This document shows positions 29,109-38,298 of a stretch of DNA of 64,000 nucleotides, in pieces. Under the pieces are notes generated by a model. It was not told the DNA's origin. It saw only the letters and a program-made list of their open reading frames with translations, and searched no databases. Source of the DNA: a candidate division WOR-3 bacterium (GTDB taxonomy: Bacteria; Hydrothermota; Tepidihabitantia; B3-TA06). The position numbers were made by a program, and so were the translations under genes. Numbering within the stretch: position 1 is the first letter of the stretch; every line of letters begins with the position of its first letter. The DNA is taken from positions 51,776 through 115,775 of the forward strand of contig CBFGKC010000003.1 of the NCBI GenBank assembly GCA_965649265.1, written 5' to 3'.

Positions 29109-29773
29109 CAGAACCTCCATCCAGCTTCGGCGGTGAGTTGAATGCCGTAAAGTGTCACAGTCGGACCTACGCTTACTGGCCCCCATCCGATATATCCCCT
29201 TATGGCAGGCTCTACAAAAGGCATAGTCGAATCACCCCACAGTTTGAAGCCCGCGTTGATAGCCAAACCGCCGTAAAATTTAGTCCAGAATCCTCGAGGC
29301 TTTTCCACGTAAAATCCGTCGCCCTTCGTCTTGATGGAGAAGTCGGTCTCTACATCGTAAAGATATTCTTTGACTAACGCCGTATTATTCCACGAATCGG
29401 CAGGGACGAGTGAAGTAAAACTCAGTTTGTGCCCTTTCTTTTCGAGGTCTATGATTGCTTCGGGCCAGTGACCCCATATCGTATCGGGAATGATGCTGTC
29501 CTTCGAGACGAAAACCGTTTCCGGTTTCGCCTCTTTCTTGAATGGTTTCTCATACCATTTGATGACCGTATCTTGCTTCAGGTTTTTGAGATAATCGGCG
29601 AGGCTGTCCAGGTTGACGATTCGTTTCTGCAAATCCCCTAATTGCCCCCACAAAGGCACGACGCTCTTCTGTTCCTTCCAGCATGATCCGGTAATGAAAC
29701 CTGCTATCACGGCCACTATAACTGCGAGTGTCCACCAGAAGATACGTCGAAAAAGAGGTTGTTTACTTTCCAT
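29108..29773 (-). CDS. membrane-anchored lysis-module protein (possible spanin)
   Basis: N-terminal TM/lipobox (ITGSC), coiled coil, C-terminal beta strands ending AGWRF; coupled to the endolysin. Confidence 0.55.
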   Translation of the reverse strand: MESKQPLFRRIFWWTLAVIVAVIAGFITGSCWKEQKSVVPLWGQLGDLQKRIVNLDSLADYLKNLKQDTVIKWYEKPFKKEAKPETVFVSKDSIIPDTIWGHWPEAIIDLEKKGHKLSFTSLVPADSWNNTALVKEYLYDVETDFSIKTKGDGFYVEKPRGFWTKFYGGLAINAGFKLWGDSTMPFVEPAIRGYIGWGPVSVGPTVTLYGIQLTAEAGWRF

Positions 29774-29832
29774 GTATTAGTGTAATTTTGCACTTGAGCG
29801 TGTCGAGGTTTTTCTGAGCGCACGGTAGTCTT

Positions 29833-30870
29833 TTATTGGCTGACAGGAATTCCATACTGTACCGCCCTTTCGAGGTACTGAGGAGGCAATCCCTGGGGAG
29901 CGAAACCCCATCCCTCGTCCGGATGCTCTGCGGGGGCTATAGGATCGGGGATCATTCCGTAATGTTCTGCGACGTATTTCGAGATCAGGATTATGCTGCA
30001 GCGACAGTTGAAGCCGTTGGGCGGCCACCATTCGTTCCATACGGGAGAGTCCAGGGGAGCCTTGAAACCGTGCATGGCTCTGTGCGCCGGTCTGGTTCGC
30101 TCGTCCCTAATCGCGTGGTACTCCGCCAGGGCTATCCGCTGCTGGTTTTGTCTCGCATAATTACGCTGCCCTTCGTTATAGGCACTCTGGACGTTCGTGC
30201 GGTAGACGGTTTCGAGATAACGAGCATTCGATTTGCTCATTCCAAGAGACGTGAATGTTTCGTCTATAGAATCTCTCCACTCCGCAAATGTGCCGCCCTT
30301 TTTAATGTGTTCAGCCATAGCTTGCTTCACGTCCTCGATCAAATCCGCTGTAGTGAGTCTCGAAATGGTGAAGGCCTGGTTCCTGTACTTAGCGTCAAGT
30401 CTTTCGTACTCATCATGGGTTAGGGGAATCTTCTTCAGGATGGCTTCGACGGCTTCCCTGGTCAATAACGGAGCCTCGTCGAAACCGGCATAATAAGAAT
30501 CGGCGAGTTCCCCGAAATCGACATTCTTCCGTACCTGATCTTCAACGTGTTTAATCGCCACGAGATTCCCCAGGAGCATGGCCTGTCCCAGGGTCTCATC
30601 GGCGTCGTCGAAGCTTATTCCGAGATCATTCCAGGAAAGCTCTCTTACTTGACCCTCGGAATCGGCTTCAAGAATCCTCTCCTTTAGCCTGTCGAATATA
30701 CTCGAAAAAGCCGAGTATCCTTCTTTCGCTGCGTTTCTTACTTTACGTTCGAGATCCTCGTCCTGGGCGTGAGCGAAAGCATCGCGGACTTTGAATCCCG
30801 GTGTATCGGGATGTGGAGAGACGAGTTCTTCGGAGTAATATGCGAAACTGCCCGGCTCCTCCTCGATCAA
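29833..30870 (-). CDS. Mu gp30/F-like minor head morphogenesis protein
   Basis: AFTIS, LETVYRTNVQSAY..G, DERTRPAH, WWPPNGFNCRC. Confidence 0.92.
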   Translation of the reverse strand: MIEEEPGSFAYYSEELVSPHPDTPGFKVRDAFAHAQDEDLERKVRNAAKEGYSAFSSIFDRLKERILEADSEGQVRELSWNDLGISFDDADETLGQAMLLGNLVAIKHVEDQVRKNVDFGELADSYYAGFDEAPLLTREAVEAILKKIPLTHDEYERLDAKYRNQAFTISRLTTADLIEDVKQAMAEHIKKGGTFAEWRDSIDETFTSLGMSKSNARYLETVYRTNVQSAYNEGQRNYARQNQQRIALAEYHAIRDERTRPAHRAMHGFKAPLDSPVWNEWWPPNGFNCRCSIILISKYVAEHYGMIPDPIAPAEHPDEGWGFAPQGLPPQYLERAVQYGIPVSQ

Positions 30871-30887
30871 GACGAAGGGTTTATCCT

Positions 30888-32177
30888 CTACGACCTCCCG
30901 TTCCGACCAGGCGCGAAAAAACGGCCTTCCTCCCTGAATATCGGTAGCGTCGGAGGGGTGCCTTTAAGTATCTCTTCGTCTTTCTGAGCCTCAGGAATCC
31001 CGAACGTCTCGCGAACATACTTCAGGGATATAGGCAGCCCCGCATTCGAGAGAGCCACCAGGGTGTCGGCGTACTCCTTTGAGGCCTTGTTGGGCGCCGT
31101 CTTTATTATGAAAGAAGGGCAAAAATCCTCTGTAGCGGCAAGGCCGTAGTTGAAATCCACGAGCCATGAGACGACTGTGGCGTCCATGGTGCCTTGAAGG
31201 AGAGTCGCGTCAGATTCTATTATGTCCTGGCGGACCTCCTGGTGCGTTTGTGAGGCCGCGTAAGAACCCACCTGGCCCACTTCCTGGGTAAGGGTTCCGC
31301 CGAGTACGCACTTCGAGATCTCGGAGTTGCAGAATTCGAGAAGTTCCTTGAAGAAACTGCCCCTTTCTCCGACGCTTGTTTTCGCGAGTTCGGTATCTAT
31401 GGTCGTGTCGTTAGGTACGGCAGCCACAGAATCCTGCTGCAGATTAACGAGGGCGGTGACGAGTGCCTTCACATCGTCGTCCGTGTAATGAGAAGGATAC
31501 TTCCCTACGATGGAAGGGACCCCGAACTTCTCCGCGACTATCATCCAGAATGACTGACCGTGTTTCTTGAAGAACCAGGGCCAGTAAATGGAAACGAGAA
31601 GGGGAGTGGCGTAGGGGATGTCATCGAGCGGGTCGTGTTTGTGGCAGATAAACTTCCTGTCGGGCAGGTCTCTTGGCTGCCAGGTAAGACCATCTATGAG
31701 ACGGAGCACATTGTCTTCCCCGAGAGTGAACCTGTCGGGCTTGCGGGTTTTGTATTCTTTGACTCTAATCTCCTCCGGATTGACGCTCCACATGATCTCT
31801 ACTACGCTGTGGCCGTACGGAACGGCCTTCAGCAGGTGACCGAGCGTTTGCTCGAAACGAGGTATAGAATACAATGCACTTCTTACGAAATCCGCTATTT
31901 CGACCGCTCTGGGCGAGTCGTCTTTCGCTATTATCTCCCAGGTGCGGCCAGCAACTCCTGCCCGTCTGGAACGGAACACGCTCTGGATATGCGGGTCTGC
32001 CATCATCTCTTCTGCAACGTCCCAGAATCTCTTCCCAGGGTGCCGTTCCCAGAATCCAGGTATTGAAACGGGCATTTCGTTGAGTACATTGAAGAAAAGA
32101 CCGCCCAGGAAAGACCTCGTCTGAGGTGCGCTGATTTCGGCTGTGACGGGTTTGGGTTTGCTTTCTTCAGTCGGCAT
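30888..32177 (-). CDS. Mu gp29-like portal protein (DUF935)
   Basis: DPHIQS...R, YGHSVVEIMW, EKFGVP...GKY, ISKCVLGGTLT, GSYAASQTHQEVR. Confidence 0.92.
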   Translation of the reverse strand: MPTEESKPKPVTAEISAPQTRSFLGGLFFNVLNEMPVSIPGFWERHPGKRFWDVAEEMMADPHIQSVFRSRRAGVAGRTWEIIAKDDSPRAVEIADFVRSALYSIPRFEQTLGHLLKAVPYGHSVVEIMWSVNPEEIRVKEYKTRKPDRFTLGEDNVLRLIDGLTWQPRDLPDRKFICHKHDPLDDIPYATPLLVSIYWPWFFKKHGQSFWMIVAEKFGVPSIVGKYPSHYTDDDVKALVTALVNLQQDSVAAVPNDTTIDTELAKTSVGERGSFFKELLEFCNSEISKCVLGGTLTQEVGQVGSYAASQTHQEVRQDIIESDATLLQGTMDATVVSWLVDFNYGLAATEDFCPSFIIKTAPNKASKEYADTLVALSNAGLPISLKYVRETFGIPEAQKDEEILKGTPPTLPIFREEGRFFAPGRNGRS

Positions 32178-32533
32178 TACGCCTCCTTGGCTAAATGAAT
32201 TATGAACTCTTCAAGTTTTTCCGGTGCCACTCTCCATCCTTTCCGGGTTTTCCTGGCTAAACGCGAGTTCTGACACGCTCTTCGGACTGTCGCCGAAGAA
32301 CAGTTCATTATCTGGGCTATCTCGGACGGCGATTTACCCCTCGCTATGAATATGTCCTCGTTCTGGCGCCTTCGAACCTCATAAACGGGTACTCTCAACC
32401 GACCGGCAACCTTGAAAAGCGAGATCTTACCTTCTTCTCTGAGCTTGATGATTGACTTAGGCTTTATGCCTAGAAGCGAAGCCGCTTCCGCGAGAGGATA
32501 CCCTGCGGTTCTGATGGCGCCGCCCAGGTTCAT
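32177..32533 (-). CDS. tandem HTH (excisionase/MerR-like) DNA-binding protein, possible late activator
   Basis: Two modules, EAASLLGI...GRLRV and EIAQIMNCS...GWRV; sits at the early/late boundary. Confidence 0.65.
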   Translation of the reverse strand: MNLGGAIRTAGYPLAEAASLLGIKPKSIIKLREEGKISLFKVAGRLRVPVYEVRRRQNEDIFIARGKSPSEIAQIMNCSSATVRRACQNSRLARKTRKGWRVAPEKLEEFIIHLAKEA

Positions 32534-32534
32534 T

Positions 32535-32675
32535 TCAATCGTCCTTCTTTCCGCACAGAAAGTCTATGTCTTTCTTAAGAATCACATCGACTTTTATCCA
32601 ACCCATGCGGATCGACAGAATGACCACACCGACAGTAACCAAAAGTGTAATTATCATTATCCAGTCAATTACCAA
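32535..32675 (-). CDS. 46-aa single-TM protein (not in ORF track)
   Basis: GGAGG + TTG; MVIDWIMIITLLVTVGVVILSIRMGW...KKDD; fills the gap between neighbours. Confidence 0.5.
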   Translation of the reverse strand: MVIDWIMIITLLVTVGVVILSIRMGWIKVDVILKKDIDFLCGKKDD

Positions 32676-33291
32676 TCTTGCCTCCAATCGGATACTTTTC
32701 TAACAATTTAGGTTGTACTCTGAAATCGGGGTCGGCGGTTTGCAGAAGTTGATCTTTCGACCATCCCCGAATTCTCGACCAGGTGCGACCGCCGTATCGT
32801 CCCGGCCATACGTCTCGAGGTGAACTATTCGTTATGAAGACTCCGGTTATCCCGCGTCCGGCCCACGCGTCCACGAGGTGAAAGAATACCTCCACGAAGT
32901 GGTCGGAGCAGACCTCTACGCCGAGATCATCCACGACGATCCACCGGGCAGTCTTCAGGATTTCGAGTTCTTCCTCCTTCTTTTGCGTGAGGTATCCTCC
33001 CCTTCCGATGAGAAGGGAAAGGTCGGTCGCCTTAAAGTATGCGCCGGGTTCATATCCGGCGGCAATGTTTCGCGCCAGTCTGTAAGCTGCGGATAGGCTC
33101 TTACCTGACCCCGTTTCACCCTGAACTATGGACAATTGCTTAGGTCGAATCTCATTAAGGAAGAGATTCGTGGTAGGGGTAAGACGGACTTCACGGTCAA
33201 GGTACTCCTTGCCGAAACGTGCGCGTATAAACTTCCGCGCATTAGGAAGCCACATAGCCTCTCTCATCTCCGCCCTGCTGAACTCCCTCAT
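32665..33291 (-). CDS. DnaC/IstB-like AAA+ ATPase
   Basis: GETGSGKS, IVVDDLGVE, FITNS, YGGRTWSRI. Confidence 0.85.
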   Translation of the reverse strand: MREFSRAEMREAMWLPNARKFIRARFGKEYLDREVRLTPTTNLFLNEIRPKQLSIVQGETGSGKSLSAAYRLARNIAAGYEPGAYFKATDLSLLIGRGGYLTQKKEEELEILKTARWIVVDDLGVEVCSDHFVEVFFHLVDAWAGRGITGVFITNSSPRDVWPGRYGGRTWSRIRGWSKDQLLQTADPDFRVQPKLLEKYPIGGKIGN

Positions 33292-33938
33292 AAGGAAGTC
33301 CTTCCGGTTTCGACAGGCTTCTCGACAGGACTCTGCTCTCTCGAATCACCTGGTGCTTTCCTGTCCTGGACTTCGAGCATATCGTTTATGTATTTGAAGA
33401 ACTGCTTTACGAAAGCCGCAAGGTGCCAGCGCTGCGCCAGGAATGAACGAAGGTCGTATTTATCCATTGTGAAAGCCATACCCCGCATGATTCTGACGAT
33501 CCCTTGCAGCTGCTCGTCCGGAGAATAGTTCTTTAGTTTTGGATGGAGTGACGCCTCTCTAAGCATCGCCTTAGCTGCCCTGGCTATGCCACCGTATTCA
33601 TGCAGGGGGTTTTCCCTGTCGCAGGGGTCGAAATGATGGGTTTCCTTGATTATCTCCCGATACTCGTGGATCAGTTCATAAACGCGGGGGTCTGCTTCTT
33701 TCTTCTTCTTGCCTGTGATGCCAAGTCTCGCTTTAGCCGATATGGTCAACCTGATTCGGCCGTTCGTTTGTTCTACCCAGCCCGTCCTTTGGAGATCGTC
33801 AACTGAAACGTGCTGTTGTATCTCTTTTCTGGACATCCCCGCGAGTACCTTGAGGAGGGCGACGGTCAAGCCGTCGGGAAGTCTTTCCCCCAGGGCGTCC
33901 GTTGCCTTAAGCAAGGATCGGAGTTCTGTTATCGTCAT
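33288..33938 (-). CDS. hypothetical protein, possible replication initiator
   Basis: N-terminal winged-helix-like segment; overlaps the DnaC-like gene as O/P-type pairs do (positional inference). Confidence 0.45.
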   Translation of the reverse strand: MTITELRSLLKATDALGERLPDGLTVALLKVLAGMSRKEIQQHVSVDDLQRTGWVEQTNGRIRLTISAKARLGITGKKKKEADPRVYELIHEYREIIKETHHFDPCDRENPLHEYGGIARAAKAMLREASLHPKLKNYSPDEQLQGIVRIMRGMAFTMDKYDLRSFLAQRWHLAAFVKQFFKYINDMLEVQDRKAPGDSREQSPVEKPVETGRTSL

Positions 33939-34507
33939 AACATTGCCCCGGAATGAAGTCTGTGGACTGACTCATCCCGACCGTTTGGGTCGATATATGC
34001 TAGTTCGAGGCTACCAAATATATCTAATTCGTTAAAGGCAGGGAAGCGGGTGTCAGCTTGCCAGACCCCGGACCAGGGCTTGAGTTGTTTTCCAAGTTTC
34101 CTGGCTCTATTGCATAACTCGATATTCAGTTCTTTTGGTCCGGTTTTGATGAGATAAACAATTCCCCAGGTGTCCGGCGTGGCGCGATTAATGTCTATCT
34201 GGAAGCCGTCCACAACAGCCGTGATGATCTGAGGACCCTTGCTGGCTATCGTTCCACCGACATCTTTGATTAACCTTGGGATATCGAACCAGAGATTGCG
34301 GTTAGGGAAAGGTTCGAGTTCGCCGTCCTTGTTCTTAAGCCATTCGCCTTTGGGGATCACGACTAAGTCGACGTCGTGAACGAGAGGCCTCCCTCTTCTT
34401 ATCGATCCGGCTATCTCTATCCTGTCGCAAGCGACTCCGAGAGCGTCAACCATATTCTCGCCTATGATTCGGGCCTCCAGTAGAGGGAGTTGTTCGTGCT
34501 TTGCCAT
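33935..34507 (-). CDS. minimal family X DNA polymerase (palm + thumb)
   Basis: IAGSIRRG..VHDVDLVV, QIDI, KTGP...N, E.DIF..L.L.YIDP..R; 190 aa. Confidence 0.88.
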   Translation of the reverse strand: MAKHEQLPLLEARIIGENMVDALGVACDRIEIAGSIRRGRPLVHDVDLVVIPKGEWLKNKDGELEPFPNRNLWFDIPRLIKDVGGTIASKGPQIITAVVDGFQIDINRATPDTWGIVYLIKTGPKELNIELCNRARKLGKQLKPWSGVWQADTRFPAFNELDIFGSLELAYIDPNGRDESVHRLHSGAML

Positions 34508-34509
34508 AT

Positions 34510-34713
34510 CTACCTCGTTGCTCCATAGAGTCTTCTAGTCGGCCAATCCTGTCTCCTGACCCAGGTCAAAAACCTGATTTTCGAGCAGAGTTCCTTGTCC
34601 GACAAGTCGATCATCGTCGTGACACCGATGCGCTTTTTGAACAACTCGCGAGAAATACCGAGTTCTTTCAACTCGGCGTGGAGCTTTCGCATCAGGCGTG
34701 TTCTTTTAATCAT
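34510..34713 (-). CDS. GemA/Mu gp16-like protein (short)
   Basis: RLMRKLHAELKELGIS...GVTTMIDLSDKEL resembles the DUF1018 N-terminus. Confidence 0.65.
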   Translation of the reverse strand: MIKRTRLMRKLHAELKELGISRELFKKRIGVTTMIDLSDKELCSKIRFLTWVRRQDWPTRRLYGATR

Positions 34714-35606
34714 CCCTTTACTCCGGCCACGACATTCTTTGTGGTCGATTTCTGGGCTGTCGTATAGATCGAGTGGCCTCGGTTGTGATAGAGTTCCATG
34801 ACATTACGGCCGACGGTATTGATGGTCGAAGGCAGTCGGTGGAGTCCCCTTGAAGTCAAATATTCGTCGGAAAGCTTCGCCTTGATCTCGGCCACGAAAT
34901 CCTGGGTAAAAGTTCCACCGTCGCGTGAAGCCTGGAACTGAATGAAGCGTTCGACTTCGTCCGCTCCGAGTCCGGCCAGCTTGAAGCTCGACCTTCTTGC
35001 GTAATCCGGGAATTCCGGTTTGCCTTCTTCCACGATGTAATCGGGTTTGTAGAAAGCGTTCTTATCCGAAAGGTCGGCGGCAATCACTACACCTGGGCCG
35101 TACTTTTTGTTTTCTATATTGATTCGGGAAGCTGTATAAAGAAGTTCCCAGATATGGCGGGGTTGTGAAAGAGCTTCGTCGAGTATTATGAGGACTTTCT
35201 GGCCGCTTTCGTAGAGTTTATAAAGCAGATCCCTGAGCTGGAGTCTGCGTCCCTGCTTTGTCACTCCTTTTTTATCCACCCAATCCCCCCAGCGCCATGC
35301 CGGTTTTTCACCGAGTCCTATTATGATGTCCTTCCACAGCAACCCGCGAAGGTTGGTTCGCATCGTTCTCGGGTACGAACCCAACTCTATGACTATCATC
35401 TTTGAGTCTTTCTTCGCCGCGAGCCGTAGGGCATTCAGTGCAAGCGTAGCTCCCCCGCCGATAGGTGAATCGAGAACCTGAAACTTGTGTTCGTTCGCGG
35501 CATCCGTACCCTTGCGGATCACGAAATCCACATCCTTTGATTTGAAAAATGTACCCGGTTCAAGCTTTGCGACCGGCGTAAATGCGTTCAGTTCATTGAG
35601 TGCCAT
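34710..35606 (-). CDS. MuB/ExeA-like AAA protein with degenerate Walker A
   Basis: SPIGGGAT at the Walker A position, VLIILDEA Walker B, RR..F.L..L..EV..FI, PSTIN. Confidence 0.65.
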   Translation of the reverse strand: MALNELNAFTPVAKLEPGTFFKSKDVDFVIRKGTDAANEHKFQVLDSPIGGGATLALNALRLAAKKDSKMIVIELGSYPRTMRTNLRGLLWKDIIIGLGEKPAWRWGDWVDKKGVTKQGRRLQLRDLLYKLYESGQKVLIILDEALSQPRHIWELLYTASRINIENKKYGPGVVIAADLSDKNAFYKPDYIVEEGKPEFPDYARRSSFKLAGLGADEVERFIQFQASRDGGTFTQDFVAEIKAKLSDEYLTSRGLHRLPSTINTVGRNVMELYHNRGHSIYTTAQKSTTKNVVAGVKG

Positions 35607-35683
35607 TTTATACTCCCGAACGCCTGTACGCCGCCGGACTGAATCTCCTCGAACAATACCGGCGGCGACAGACGGTTTTCATT

Positions 35684-36028
35684 TTATTTCTTTCCTGTGG
35701 TGACGTTGTTAGTAACTTTGGGTCCGGCTTTATCAGCCAGGATAGAAGTCGTTTTCCAAAGTCCTGCCGCCACACCGCCGGAGAAGAAACCGTCCAGCAG
35801 CGCGACGACTATCGGAATGACCGTTTGGATCATTCCGAGCTTGAATGCGAGAAACTCCAGACCATAGACCAGTGCGCCCAGGGCAGTACCCACGATCAGC
35901 GCAAGAAGGGTATTGATCCACCCTTCGGTCTTGAGCCATTGCTTGAGTTTCGTTACGATAGTGACGACGATGACCGATCCGAGGATCGTCACGCCGAACA
36001 GATTAAGGGTCAGTTCTGCGCCCCACAT
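35684..36028 (-). CDS. holin-like 3-TM protein
   Basis: VTKLKQW...LLALIVG..LG...GFFSGGVAAGLWK pattern; basic C-terminal tail. Confidence 0.55.
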   Translation of the reverse strand: MWGAELTLNLFGVTILGSVIVVTIVTKLKQWLKTEGWINTLLALIVGTALGALVYGLEFLAFKLGMIQTVIPIVVALLDGFFSGGVAAGLWKTTSILADKAGPKVTNNVTTGKK

Positions 36029-36270
36029 TGGGCCTCCTTTTTGATGAGTTTTATCTCGAACTCCTTTTGAGTTCCTCTTGATCCGAGTTCCAGAATCTCT
36101 CTCCTTGAGATTCCGAGTTCTAAAGCTTCTTCAAGGGTCAATTCCAGACCCACGCCCTGCCCTTTGAAGGTTACGATCACCGTTGGAATGTCCGGTTCCT
36201 CTATACCGAGGATCGAATGCGCGACCTTTCTGGGAATCTTCTTCGTTATTGCGCGTACTATAGCTTTCAT
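36010..36270 (-). CDS. hypothetical phage protein
   Basis: Coupled ORF in the early operon; RBS present. Confidence 0.55.
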   Translation of the reverse strand: MKAIVRAITKKIPRKVAHSILGIEEPDIPTVIVTFKGQGVGLELTLEEALELGISRREILELGSRGTQKEFEIKLIKKEAQCGAQN

Positions 36271-36689
36271 TTTGCTTTCCCTCCTGGTGTGTCACCGTTT
36301 TCCAAACCCATGCTCCTTAGGATATCTGAAAGCGCGTCCCCTTTTTCGGAAGGAGTATCCGTGAGTCTGTCGGGATGGTTTGAAGGAGCGGAGTCCTTGA
36401 CATCTTCTATCTTCAGCTGGTTCCTTCGAGCCTTCATGAACAACTCGTAAACGTTCTTGCTGCATATCTCACAGAGCACGTCTCCCTCGACTTTGAGTAG
36501 CTCCCTCAGTTTCATTGCCAGGGACTGCGAGAACTCCTTCTTGTGTTTTTCGAGGATGGCAGCCACCGCTTCCTTCAGGAGCCTTCCGGCGAATTTCAAA
36601 GGGACGTAATTGATGCCAAGCCTTTGAAGTTCATCCACGCTACGCTGACAGTGACCTGCGCATCTGGGAATCCCCTTATCGTTCCTCAT
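36267..36689 (-). CDS. hypothetical protein with CxxxC...CxxC motif
   Basis: CAGHC and CEIC; overlaps the transposase stop. Confidence 0.55.
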   Translation of the reverse strand: MRNDKGIPRCAGHCQRSVDELQRLGINYVPLKFAGRLLKEAVAAILEKHKKEFSQSLAMKLRELLKVEGDVLCEICSKNVYELFMKARRNQLKIEDVKDSAPSNHPDRLTDTPSEKGDALSDILRSMGLENGDTPGGKAK

Positions 36690-38298
36690 TATTGCTCCTT
36701 AAAATTTCTTCTATGCTAACCTTGGACACCTCACCAAGCGCATCGAGAATGCGCTCAGTTTGTCTTTTGATTTCGATACGTGAATGTGGAACCGAACAGA
36801 AGGGATCGACTAATTCTCGTCTAATCTGTTCAGGCAAATCTCCAAGAGGACCGAGAGCCTCTGCTAAAAGGTCGCGTTGTGCATTCTCGTGCATGAGTTC
36901 CAGTCCCGGACCTTCCACCTTCCGGCCACTGGTCGACGGAGGCGGTGTCCAATCCATATCTGCGGGTATTTTCGAATCAAATACTCTTTCGACCTCGTCG
37001 AGTGTGAAAGGTTCAACGGTTTTTGATCTCTCCGATACCGACCTTCTCATCCTTTCGCTGTTTTCGTATACCGGAACCGGTCGGTTCTCACGAGCTTCTT
37101 CGAGCAGCAGTCTTTTTGCCGGGGAATATCTGGTTCCAGGTACGTAAATGTACAGTCTATCATCGAGTTTTATCAGTTCTACTTTCGTTCCGTCCTTGAT
37201 CAATTCCGGCGCGAAATAGTCCTTATTCTGATACGTCAAATAACCTCGTCTTACGGTTGCGTAGAGTTTCTTGAAGGCGAGTTCATCGTAATTGGAAGGA
37301 AACCATAGGTTCGGAACGAAATTCCTCCAGTATTCGAGTCGGGTTCCCTTCTCCGCAGAGTGGAGTTTTAGGCTTCGTGTCTTGCAGTAATCGGTCAACA
37401 GTCCGTTTACTTTGTCCAGGGAAAGTTGAACGCCCCTGGCCATACCGTTCAATATCACCGCCTCCAACTCCTGTTTTATGATTCTTATCCCTCCTTCAAC
37501 CTTGCCTTTCTTCCAGGGGCTGGAAGGTGGTGCAGGTATCTTCGTCACACCGATTTTTTCGAGCAAGTTCGAGATCTCTTCCGTCTTACCCCAGGAAGCC
37601 TGGTCGACGTAGATAGATTCGGGTACACCCCAGAATGGATATTCTGGTTTCGATTCCCATGCTGACCGCATGAACTTGATAACTAGCGAAGTGCTTTCAC
37701 CGCGAGACAAGTAATATCTCGCCCATATCATGCCCGACGCATCGTCCACGACGAGTCCTATCCACACACGCAGCCTGTCCTCGTTAGGCCGGTTCTCGTA
37801 GACATAGTTCGAGCGTATCTGCACCGAATCCTCGCCTGCGAAACGCAGAACGTCCGAAACCGAGAAGTCTATCTGATGAAGTCCGTTCGGTACGCTCCGT
37901 CTGAATCGTTTCGTGACCCGGTGTTTCTTTCCTATCCGATAGGTACGCATGAATAAAGAGAGTTCCCTTGATCGTATCTCACCCTTGGGAAGTCTTCCGG
38001 CGGCTTCGAGGGTTTCGATGAGATATGAGAGGGCTATCTTGGTGCTGGCGGAGGTGCTCATTATGGATTCCACATAAGCGGCGGCTTCTATTAGCAAAGT
38101 CCGTTTCTCTTCGGTGAACTCGGCCTGCCTGGGTCGCTCTATGAATCCTCTGTACAATGCATTCCGCAAACTCCCCGGACTGCAATTCGCGCGCTCCGCC
38201 CATTCGGAGAGAACGGTCTGCTTGCGGCAGTGTGAAGCAAGCCTGTATTCCTCCGTAAATTTCACGAATGACTCCGGGCTGAGCGCGATGGGTCTCAT
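36676..38298 (-). CDS. Mu-like DDE transposase (rve core)
   Basis: PNGLHQIDFS (D1), VVDDASG, PFWGVPESIYVDQ (D2), PWKKGKVEG (E). Confidence 0.9.
   Translation of the reverse strand: MRPIALSPESFVKFTEEYRLASHCRKQTVLSEWAERANCSPGSLRNALYRGFIERPRQAEFTEEKRTLLIEAAAYVESIMSTSASTKIALSYLIETLEAAGRLPKGEIRSRELSLFMRTYRIGKKHRVTKRFRRSVPNGLHQIDFSVSDVLRFAGEDSVQIRSNYVYENRPNEDRLRVWIGLVVDDASGMIWARYYLSRGESTSLVIKFMRSAWESKPEYPFWGVPESIYVDQASWGKTEEISNLLEKIGVTKIPAPPSSPWKKGKVEGGIRIIKQELEAVILNGMARGVQLSLDKVNGLLTDYCKTRSLKLHSAEKGTRLEYWRNFVPNLWFPSNYDELAFKKLYATVRRGYLTYQNKDYFAPELIKDGTKVELIKLDDRLYIYVPGTRYSPAKRLLLEEARENRPVPVYENSERMRRSVSERSKTVEPFTLDEVERVFDSKIPADMDWTPPPSTSGRKVEGPGLELMHENAQRDLLAEALGPLGDLPEQIRRELVDPFCSVPHSRIEIKRQTERILDALGEVSKVSIEEILRSNNEER

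Noticed and set aside
36676-38298. Independent IS21/Tn7/CAST element made of the transposase and ATPases
   Set aside because: The genes are translationally coupled within a phage early operon; no flanking inverted repeats, TniQ or Cas genes
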